From the IMG/VR virus record IMGVR_UViG_3300025375_000007, positions 1-40,679 of that record: a stretch of 40,679 bases of DNA. One strand, written 5' to 3'. Numbering within the stretch: the first letter of the stretch is position 1; every line of letters starts with the position of its first letter. A model generated the notes under the pieces. It was not told the DNA's origin, ran no database searches, and worked only from the letters and a program-made list of their open reading frames with translations. A program made the translations under genes and the position numbers. This stretch comes from a virus (Duplodnaviria > Caudoviricetes). Shown piece by piece: positions 17,601 through 24,829 of this stretch.

Positions 17601-17782
17601 ACACCAAGAAAGCCTCCACCTTTAGGGCTGCCGTCTTCACGCTTACCCCAAGTACTTCTATCAGGAATAGAATCATCTTGAGTAGTTGATGCAGCATCAG
17701 GGTCTACAAAGCCTTTAGGAGCAGGCTTAACTTCAACGGAAGCTTTAGGAGCTTGTGCTGCATCTGGGTCGATAAATGCCAT
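14693..17782 (-). CDS. large internal virion / DNA ejection protein
   Basis: 1029 aa, Ala/Gly-rich and helical, third of three genes after the tail genes; LMFAPDW motif. Confidence 0.75.
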   Translation of the reverse strand: MAFIDPDAAQAPKASVEVKPAPKGFVDPDAASTTQDDSIPDRSTWGKREDGSPKGGGFLGVLKRPGGGISTEISIGVPINGKETEIPTLVPTLDEKEKNWLLTHSPKDKMPESIRQKAVAHAEERIKAGKSPFAGTEDEPSAKTAPKSEGFFAELGKGLGEISIEDWKKKSMIAPIVEYTARSALGGIVPGLEPVTPEEQKQVQRSASETLNALKEGVANPIETGKAIAKKASDNPGAFTADLIKGLVYDPEMFATGALGRIGKLTAEAGTAAKVGRAAINTANTATQFGVLAGGAEGARAKLEGRDVNPKDLMQAASESVYTAVAFEAMHKSLEGTGRAIRGGPKVAPEMVPVEAPAPIKPAEPVKAVQPAGMPKVEEHTAEMPPEVKAKEQASVKDLNTLQEEADLGKQTENIIRKRINDYTANSRISHNLKIAAEKFVPDELGQEAITLARDSKDFSKLTPEQLKANELYSKGYKEFYERGKEAGVIKGFIEDYIPHIVDFEKSGIKTPGDAIKAFIESGSSRSPSTSGKSRFGKERKYETFEDLQNAIEGSGMVVKTKNAAEIWKQYSASMEKAILNKEMLGSLKNLKDVEGYPVAQKITEKEPMPRDWVTYPQMPGYAFHPDMAIPMKFVFDNTNPGMIMKGLNAVSQAAKRANVVGSLFHAKSLAEAFLLSDPIKFAKELATGFAGTKAALKTLREGGLGDNVDMLLREGLVVETPEDVSRGILSDIGRGADWVMNKYSPIKDTNITEKALRKVEDITLKPFDKLTWDFAATGFKTLIALKKLEEAKLAHPDVDPRLLAREISSYANNTFGSLNWFEISARTNNKIAKELAATAFNPTGRRNLQLLMFAPDWTVSTLRAFTTMFNKGSGLKGLWNPKLEADFARQYQLRNAAIYATVLNIVNNATSGHDIWENKDPTRIEFRDGTSMQLAKHSMEAIHWVKDPIKTLTNKLGFIPRAAIVTTTGTVPGLGPLKDKTIAGKAKAIGQMAIPFQAQSAITAPTGEGAKRALLGTLGLPVYGKKKE

Positions 17783-17794
17783 TCAAATTCCCAA

Positions 17795-18865
17795 TTAAAG
17801 TTTTTTAAGTTTCTTACCTTCAGAGATAATCTCTTCACGAGACATGTCTGGATTAGCCTTCATTGCTCTGTCAATCCAAGCAGTCTGGTCGGCAGAGTAA
17901 GCACCTTTAGTGGCTTTCTTTGCAGTAGGCTTAGCAGCTTCTTTAGGCTTGTATACAGTTTCATCTTTGCCAGTGAAAGGAACTTCAATTCCAGCAAAGG
18001 TGCTCTTAGTTCTTGTAGTGCCAAAGTCCTGAGAAATAATGTCATCACGAGCTTCGTCAACAGCGTCTTGTCTGCTTGCGTAGTCTTGTGGGTTGTTCTT
18101 GTAACGTTGACGGCCTTCGTTCTCAATGCGAGAAGCTACAGTAGCTCTTTGAGCATCAGACATAGGAACTAAGTTACCAGAAGCGTCTTTAACTTGGATA
18201 TCACCTAGTTCATCTTTTAATGTAGCTGATTGACGCTTAATAGCACCTAGAGGAGCTTCAGGAGAACCTTTGATATTATCTTTACGTGCAGCAGAGTTGC
18301 GAGTACGTTCTAAAGAAAGACCTTCCATAGCCAGGTCATGACGAATCTTTTCATTAGCTTGTAGCACTTTAATCTGAGCAGCTAAGTCTTGTGCTTCGCT
18401 TGTGCCTAAACCAACAACCATCTTACGAGCACCTTCAATATCAAAAGTACCATCAGGTTTTTTAAAGTTACTGATTTGCTGTCTAAGAACCATCTTAGTA
18501 TTAGTATCTAAACCAGCAGTATCTAAAGCACCATAAAGGTCGCTTTCAGTTTTTGCATTTTTAGCAACACGAGAACCTAAGTCAAGTTGTTTTAATTGTG
18601 TGGTTGTTTTATCTAGTTGTTGCTTTTGAGCATCAGTAACTAAAGAAGAAGCTTCCTTTTGAAAGGTATGGGCAAGAGAAGCATTGCCAGTCATACCAGC
18701 TAATTGTGCAGCTTTCTGGTTTATAGTAACCGCAGCTTGTGGGTCAGCAGCGTCTACACCTTTATAGGCTTCCTGTAGAATATTACCAGCAGTAATATCT
18801 TGCCCAATCTTAGCACCTGTTTGATAGCCTGTGCTGACGATGTCAGCTAAGTTGTACATTGGCAT
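17795..18865 (-). CDS. internal virion / ejection protein
   Basis: Position; A/Q/K-rich helical composition. Confidence 0.7.
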   Translation of the reverse strand: MPMYNLADIVSTGYQTGAKIGQDITAGNILQEAYKGVDAADPQAAVTINQKAAQLAGMTGNASLAHTFQKEASSLVTDAQKQQLDKTTTQLKQLDLGSRVAKNAKTESDLYGALDTAGLDTNTKMVLRQQISNFKKPDGTFDIEGARKMVVGLGTSEAQDLAAQIKVLQANEKIRHDLAMEGLSLERTRNSAARKDNIKGSPEAPLGAIKRQSATLKDELGDIQVKDASGNLVPMSDAQRATVASRIENEGRQRYKNNPQDYASRQDAVDEARDDIISQDFGTTRTKSTFAGIEVPFTGKDETVYKPKEAAKPTAKKATKGAYSADQTAWIDRAMKANPDMSREEIISEGKKLKKL

Positions 18866-18872
18866 ATTATCC

Positions 18873-19559
18873 TTACATCATGAATGCTGCAAAAGCAGCA
18901 TCACCAGCACCAGAAGCACCTGCAGCACCTCCGTAACCACCTAAAGCAGAAAGGTCAGTAGCACCTGTAACACCGCCCATAGTAGAGAAATTACCAGCAC
19001 TAGCTCCACCACCTCCACCACCTAAGGTAGTAGCTAAGTTGTTCAAGGCATTAGCAGAAGTTAAATTACCATACAAACCAGCACCGATAGAACCCATACC
19101 TAAAATATTAGATTGCCCTTGTGCATTAATTTGATTCTGTAGACCTGCAGCACCTAGTTGACCAGAGTACTGTGCTTGAGCAGCAGAGGCAGGAGACTGG
19201 GCAGCACCTGATAAAGTAGATAACTGATTGAACATTTGGTTGTAGTAGCTACTAAAGTTAGATTGACCAAGAGACTGCAAAGCAGCAGCTTGTCCGCCTG
19301 ACTGCAACGTTCCTGTAGCAGCCCCTGCAGCTTGTGCTGTTCGTGTACCTTGCTGTAAAGTTTGTTGATAACCAGGAGAAGACAAAGCTGACGAAGGGTT
19401 ACTCACCAGTGCATTTAACTGAGAAGCAGCTCCAGCACGATACTGTGAATAAGGGTCGTAAGTACTTAGACCGTATGGTTGAGGTACGTTTGGTTGCTGT
19501 GAGCCTCCGCCAAAGAGTCCACCGATTGCATTACCGATTCCACTAACTACGCTACCCAT
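18873..19559 (-). CDS. DNA transfer/pilot ejection protein
   Basis: G/A/S/Q-rich; PGYQ...AAATGTLQSG motif; follows the GNAT gene. Confidence 0.75.
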   Translation of the reverse strand: MGSVVSGIGNAIGGLFGGGSQQPNVPQPYGLSTYDPYSQYRAGAASQLNALVSNPSSALSSPGYQQTLQQGTRTAQAAGAATGTLQSGGQAAALQSLGQSNFSSYYNQMFNQLSTLSGAAQSPASAAQAQYSGQLGAAGLQNQINAQGQSNILGMGSIGAGLYGNLTSANALNNLATTLGGGGGGASAGNFSTMGGVTGATDLSALGGYGGAAGASGAGDAAFAAFMM

Positions 19560-19568
19560 GATTGTTCC

Positions 19569-20021
19569 TTAAATAAATTTACTATACAGTTTTTCCATGA
19601 ATGTGTAACCTAAGTATTCAAGTAGTCTAGAATTGTCTAGGTGTACTTTAGTGCTACACATTATCCTATTAACATTAAGGCTCTTGAGATGTTGTTCAGC
19701 GAACTGAAACATCTTGATGCCTGTCCTACCTTTTCTGTGTTCTTTACGAAGATAGTAAATATCCTCTAGTGCTGTTAAGCAAGACTTAACATGTAAGGGA
19801 GCACAGACTATAAACATCATGTACCCAATTAACTCTTGCTCTTTACGACATGTTATAAGATGTAACATGCCTGCTTGTTCTAGACCGTAGTAGCTTTCCC
19901 AGTTAGGTTCTAGTTCGTAACCACCTTTAAAGCCTTCTTCTAGTTCTGCATAATGTTCAGGATAGATTTTAATTAAATCATTCAGTGCATCTGAATAATT
20001 CTCTACCTGAAATGTTATCAT
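19569..20021 (-). CDS. GNAT-fold acetyltransferase-like protein
   Basis: YYLRKEHRKGRTGIKMF (motif A) and LLEYLGY; position equivalent to T7 gp13 / P22 gp14. Confidence 0.85.
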   Translation of the reverse strand: MITFQVENYSDALNDLIKIYPEHYAELEEGFKGGYELEPNWESYYGLEQAGMLHLITCRKEQELIGYMMFIVCAPLHVKSCLTALEDIYYLRKEHRKGRTGIKMFQFAEQHLKSLNVNRIMCSTKVHLDNSRLLEYLGYTFMEKLYSKFI

Positions 20022-20023
20022 AA

Positions 20024-21931
20024 CTAGTTCCTATATTGCATCTGTTGTGGTCCGTCTTGTTCTAATTCACCAATACTGAAATCTACTTCAGCAGCTAACA
20101 ATCTTAAAGGAGTATTATCTGTACAGAGGAACTCCCATGCTCTACGACGTGCTTGTCCTGTTTGATAAATCTGAGGACGTTGTGCAGCTAAGTTAACTGT
20201 GCGATAAGGAGACCAAGACTTATAGTCATCATCTGTATGACGAATATTCATAATGGCTGGTTGCTTATCACCAACAATCTCAACACGTTGATAGAACTTA
20301 CGTTTAGTAGTACCGCTATCTAATAAATCAGTTACTGAGCGATAGTAAATAGGAGCACCAGCATCATTGTATACATGGTCTGAAACAGTATATAGTTTAC
20401 CGTTATCATCATCTAATACGTAGTAGATACTGCCATTACCTGCATAGAAGCTAGGACGGAAGTATTGTTCAGCATAGACGTTAAGCACTCCTGAATCAAC
20501 ACCACCCTTGGCCCACATAGTCCACTGAGTCCAAACTTTTTCATTAGCATCGTATACTATTGTAACATTTAAATCAGCTAATGTCAAGATATAAAAGGTA
20601 TGTCCATTAATCCGTAATGGATAAGCTTTGACATCGGTTAAGGTACTATTCTGGATAATGCGGTCAATGAAAGGAGTAGAAATCTTAGAAGGAGACGTAC
20701 CAGAGATAGCATAGACTGAAGGGCCTAAGTCCTGAGATGTCCCTACAAAGAAGACTACGTTCTCAATACTGACAATGGAATTACCATTAGCACAGCCTAA
20801 TTCAATCTTGTATGACGAGGCAACCGATAAAGGAGAGCCTGGGTAGTTACCAGCGTCATAGAAGAATTCTACGGAATATTGACCAAAGCTAAGAATGTAG
20901 TTTAAATGCTTACAAAGCCCTACTTGATTATCAGGGTCTGACTCAGCAGTGATGTAATTTAAAGCATTCCACACAGTAGGGTCGTTAGGGTTAGAAGTAT
21001 AAATCTCACCATTAGGACTACCGATAACAGTATAAGTATCCAAGTAAGGCGCACCAGCAACTAACTGCCCTGTAGGGAAGCCATTGAGTTCAGCAGTCAC
21101 ATAAGCACCTGCACCACCAGCATCGGTAGCACTAAGCCATTGCAGGGTAGCAGAACCATCAGCAGCAGAGCCACTGGTAAAGGTAGGAGCAGAGGAGCCT
21201 GTTACACCTGTTACAGTAACTGCATAAACGTTAGGGGCAGCTACAATAACATCGCCTGCCATGACGGTTGTGGAGGCTGTCCACGCTGTTCCTGCTGTGT
21301 CACTAATGGTAGCCACTAGGGTATCGCTTAGCGTGTAACCTGAGCCTGCTAAAGTGATTGTAATGCCAGTAACAACACCTCCTGTAGACTGTACAGTACC
21401 TGTAGCTGTTACACCGCCTCCTGAAGGGGCTGAAAAGGTAACAATAGGGTTAGTGTAGTTACTACCGCCAGTAACCACAGTAGTGACAGTAACGCCGTCA
21501 TCTTTAACCTGTAAGAAAGCACCTGTAGCAGGATTATAAGTATAACCATGTACTTGATTCTGGACAAACAAGTAGGTATTGTTTAATGTCTGATTAAAAT
21601 AACATTGCTGTACTTTACCTCCTATTGTGCCAGTCATTGTCCCTATTGTAGTTACTGCATAGGTAGTAGGGTTAATCTTGTAGAGGACATTGTTAATGGC
21701 TGCGAACAAGAAACCATTAAAGTATGATAGCCCCTGTCCTTGCGCTACAGGCAGTGTAGGCGTAGTTACCACTTCAGTCAGGCCAGGACGTTTAACAAAC
21801 TCACGCTTGCCGTTAGTCATCTCAAAGTAGCCATTGACACACTTAGAGTCAGTATTTAAGAAACCATCTCTGGTCTCGATAGGCTGAGATAAAGGTACTC
21901 TAATAATAGGCATATTAGTTTGGTTGTCCAA
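20024..21931 (-). CDS. tail hub / DNA stabilization protein (P22 gp10-like) with insertion
   Basis: KRPGL, AESDPD, SVEFFYDAG, GCANGNSI, KISTPFID, GHTFYIL, GQARRRAWE. Confidence 0.85.
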   Translation of the reverse strand: MDNQTNMPIIRVPLSQPIETRDGFLNTDSKCVNGYFEMTNGKREFVKRPGLTEVVTTPTLPVAQGQGLSYFNGFLFAAINNVLYKINPTTYAVTTIGTMTGTIGGKVQQCYFNQTLNNTYLFVQNQVHGYTYNPATGAFLQVKDDGVTVTTVVTGGSNYTNPIVTFSAPSGGGVTATGTVQSTGGVVTGITITLAGSGYTLSDTLVATISDTAGTAWTASTTVMAGDVIVAAPNVYAVTVTGVTGSSAPTFTSGSAADGSATLQWLSATDAGGAGAYVTAELNGFPTGQLVAGAPYLDTYTVIGSPNGEIYTSNPNDPTVWNALNYITAESDPDNQVGLCKHLNYILSFGQYSVEFFYDAGNYPGSPLSVASSYKIELGCANGNSIVSIENVVFFVGTSQDLGPSVYAISGTSPSKISTPFIDRIIQNSTLTDVKAYPLRINGHTFYILTLADLNVTIVYDANEKVWTQWTMWAKGGVDSGVLNVYAEQYFRPSFYAGNGSIYYVLDDDNGKLYTVSDHVYNDAGAPIYYRSVTDLLDSGTTKRKFYQRVEIVGDKQPAIMNIRHTDDDYKSWSPYRTVNLAAQRPQIYQTGQARRRAWEFLCTDNTPLRLLAAEVDFSIGELEQDGPQQMQYRN

Positions 21932-22664
21932 AGGTCACGTTAGACATGCGAAGGTCAGCTTGGAAGAATGTAGAAGTAGATTCCACATCCCAGTCGGTAA
22001 GCTGGTCTTGATACATCTTAGCTCTTTGTGCAATCTCTTGACGATGGTTCACAGGCAAAGAGTACTCGATAGCAAGCTGGTCTGCTAAGTTCCATACTAG
22101 AGTGTTCATCCACTCATTAGGGAAGTTAGGAATAGAAGAACCATAATTGATGTCTTCGATAGGCTGTTGAGCCATGACATGCAGTTCATACTGGTATGCA
22201 GCATTGTAGTTAGGAGTCAAGTAAGCGTATAGATTACCTGAGTTCTGACGAATCTGATAATAGATAGAGTTAGCAACACCAGTACTAAACTTAGAGCCTA
22301 GAGTGTTGTATTCTTGTTGACTCAGAATCTGCAGAGGAATATCAATAGGAGGGCTTACAGTAATCTGACGTAACCATCCTTGGATAATCTTTAAAGGCTT
22401 AGGAGTATCCAAGTCAGTAGTAGGGTTCTGTGATACAGGCCCTAAGACGTATTCAGTTTGTCCATTAACTAAAGGGACGACCAGTTCATTTACTGTCCAA
22501 AGTTTTAAGCCCTGCGTAGCCATTTGCTTAACAAAAAGGTTTAAAGCTAAAGACGCATTAGCCACAGTCTCTGAATCAGGAACAGAGCCTAGTTCCAAGA
22601 CACCTAGCTTGCGTAAAGCTAAGCTGATAATCTGGTCACGGTTTACAGTAAACACACTTGACAT
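21915..22664 (-). CDS. head-tail adaptor / tail tubular protein A-like
   Basis: IISLALRKLGV...ALN..., FPNEW...WNLA..LA.EY; directly upstream of the gp10-like gene. Confidence 0.75.
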   Translation of the reverse strand: MSSVFTVNRDQIISLALRKLGVLELGSVPDSETVANASLALNLFVKQMATQGLKLWTVNELVVPLVNGQTEYVLGPVSQNPTTDLDTPKPLKIIQGWLRQITVSPPIDIPLQILSQQEYNTLGSKFSTGVANSIYYQIRQNSGNLYAYLTPNYNAAYQYELHVMAQQPIEDINYGSSIPNFPNEWMNTLVWNLADQLAIEYSLPVNHRQEIAQRAKMYQDQLTDWDVESTSTFFQADLRMSNVTFGQPN

Positions 22665-22666
22665 AT

Positions 22667-22894
22667 TTAGCTTCCAAATAAGAGACGAATGGCTTTATCT
22701 AAGCCGATTGATTGAGCGACTACTACAGCCAGAGCACCTACAGCAATGTACTTAATCTGTGATAAGTTTTTTTCTATAGAGTGCATAGTTTGTTTTAAGT
22801 CTACGGTAGTTTCTCGAAGTTCTTTGATGTCTTCAGCGTGGTTAACTTGGTTGACTTCGAGGCGTACTACTCTGGTTTCTAGTTGGTCGGACAT
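22667..22894 (-). CDS. XhlA-like coiled-coil protein with C-terminal TM helix
   Basis: LETRVVRLE coiled coil followed by hydrophobic YIAVGALAVVVA. Confidence 0.65.
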   Translation of the reverse strand: MSDQLETRVVRLEVNQVNHAEDIKELRETTVDLKQTMHSIEKNLSQIKYIAVGALAVVVAQSIGLDKAIRLLFGS

Positions 22895-22898
22895 AGGA

Positions 22899-23057
22899 TT
22901 ATTCTTGTGGTAAGGTTGGTTCTGCAGGAGGCGTAATCAACGCTGCCTGTTGTTGTAGTTTTGTATAGATTTGAGCAGCTCCTGACTCAATAGGTAAACG
23001 ACCAATAGTTGCAATAATAAACGCTGCTTCGTTATCTTCTAATGTAAATGTTTTCAT
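22899..23057 (-). CDS. small helical protein (52 aa), possible tail-fibre-associated factor
   Basis: MKTFTLEDNEAAFIIATIGRLPIESGAAQIYTKLQQQAALITPPAEPTLPQE; AAGGA RBS; not in the ORF track. Confidence 0.7.
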   Translation of the reverse strand: MKTFTLEDNEAAFIIATIGRLPIESGAAQIYTKLQQQAALITPPAEPTLPQE

Positions 23058-23146
23058 TCTTCTTCCTTTTTATCACACCAATTACAAGATTGACCTTTTC
23101 CTACTTCAAGCCACTCTTTTTCAACTATACAGTAGTGCTTCCACAT
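23054..23146 (-). CDS. Cys/His microprotein (30 aa)
   Basis: MWKHYCIVEKEWLEVGKGQSCNWCDKKEEE; ATGA overlap with the next gene. Confidence 0.55.
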   Translation of the reverse strand: MWKHYCIVEKEWLEVGKGQSCNWCDKKEEE

Positions 23147-23147
23147 T

Positions 23148-24821
23148 TTAAATGTTTCCAGTAATGGATGTATGAGCAGCACCTGTAGTATTATAAATTA
23201 ATGCGCTTGAAGCTAAACCGCAGCTATTATTACCTTGTACAACATAGTAATCGCCAGTTCCAGTAAGATTAATCATGTTATAAAAGCCACCTTGAGGTGT
23301 ATCCCAAGGGCCAGCTATACCAAAATTGTTTCCAATAATATTAATTTCATTAGAATTATTAATATTTAAAGCACTACCAAGATAAACATTCCAAGAACAT
23401 CCAGAAAATAAATTATTTGAAATATTTACTGCTGCACAATATTCTAAATTAACAGCAGCTTGCCCAACACCAGCACTATAATTATTAGTAATAATTACTG
23501 AGTTAATTCGATTTTGTTTTGCTGCGGTTGCTCTAACGCAATTTCCATTTGCAGCTGTAAAATAATTTCCATCAATATGAATATCGCCAATATTGGATGT
23601 TGAAGTAGCACCTATTTGATTTAAATATATTCCTTGGCTTTGAGGGCCATCAAATTGGCAATTAGTAATCCAAATATCACCAACACCACTATTATTTCCA
23701 GCTTGAAGATATAACTGAACAGCACCTTTATAAAAAATACATTGATTAAATCTCATACCAGATATTCCACCTGAAGTTGATTTTCCAGCTACATAAACAT
23801 TATATCCTGATGTGTTTGATGAATTACTTACAAATTGACAATCTGTCCATGTCATGTCACCTGTAACAACGCCAGTTTCGCTTCCATCAGTATCTTTAAT
23901 TTGTACGCAACAATTAAAACCAGAAGCAATTGAATCATTCCAAACGGATACACGATTAAAGTTAATTAATCGAGTTCTATACATTAAAATACCATAGTTA
24001 AAACCAGTAATATTTATGTCTTCAACAAGTGATTCTTGTAATCCTTGAATAGAATCTGTTGATATTTGGTTAAAAACAATCCCTGCACCTACATTAGAAG
24101 TTGTTGCAACAATTTGAAATCCACGAAGTGAAAAGTCAATAATAGTATCTATTCCTGTACCGCCTTCTACATTGATTACACCGCCATTACTAAAGTCAAA
24201 ACTAGCAAGCGCAACTAAAGCAGTTCCACCAAGCAAAGTATTAGCGCCTTGTATGTAAATTCCGTACCCAGCACTCATTTGAATAGTCCATGTTCTAGCT
24301 AAAGCATAGCGTTTTGCTGATAGATAAACATAGCATTGACCACCAGAAGAACCAGCAGAATCACGAATACAAGTAATACATTTTTGAAAAGCTGGCTGGT
24401 CATCTGTTGCGTTATCGCCTACCGCACCAAACCATTCAGGATAAACAACACGAATACCTGTAACAGTACCAGCACCGCTAAAAATTTGTTGGTTTGTTGG
24501 CGCATGAAATTCAGATTGAATTTTTAATGTTTTGCCAGAATCAACAGAAAAAGAAGCGCCACCAGCCAAAGTAATAACTTTTCCATAAGCCGTTGTTAAA
24601 TTTGTAGAAATTTTATAAACGCCAGGAGGAAAATAAATTTCGTTAAAAGCTGCTAAAGCATTTGTAATTGCAGTAAAACAATCCGTTGTGCCAGTATTAT
24701 CCGCACCAAAATCAAGAACGGACACAACTTCTTCTAATTTTAAATTAATTGCCCTATTAATTGCCCCAGTAGGAGTTGAACCACCATTTTTAAAATCAAT
24801 TTTTGGGATAAGTGTTGTCAT
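23148..24821 (-). CDS. tailspike / polysaccharide depolymerase (pectate-lyase-like beta-helix)
   Basis: VVSVLDFGAD..G.TD, IYFPPGVY, PEWFGAVGDNATDD, N/I/G-rich beta-helix repeats. Confidence 0.88.
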   Translation of the reverse strand: MTTLIPKIDFKNGGSTPTGAINRAINLKLEEVVSVLDFGADNTGTTDCFTAITNALAAFNEIYFPPGVYKISTNLTTAYGKVITLAGGASFSVDSGKTLKIQSEFHAPTNQQIFSGAGTVTGIRVVYPEWFGAVGDNATDDQPAFQKCITCIRDSAGSSGGQCYVYLSAKRYALARTWTIQMSAGYGIYIQGANTLLGGTALVALASFDFSNGGVINVEGGTGIDTIIDFSLRGFQIVATTSNVGAGIVFNQISTDSIQGLQESLVEDINITGFNYGILMYRTRLINFNRVSVWNDSIASGFNCCVQIKDTDGSETGVVTGDMTWTDCQFVSNSSNTSGYNVYVAGKSTSGGISGMRFNQCIFYKGAVQLYLQAGNNSGVGDIWITNCQFDGPQSQGIYLNQIGATSTSNIGDIHIDGNYFTAANGNCVRATAAKQNRINSVIITNNYSAGVGQAAVNLEYCAAVNISNNLFSGCSWNVYLGSALNINNSNEINIIGNNFGIAGPWDTPQGGFYNMINLTGTGDYYVVQGNNSCGLASSALIYNTTGAAHTSITGNI

Positions 24822-24829
24822 AATGTTTC

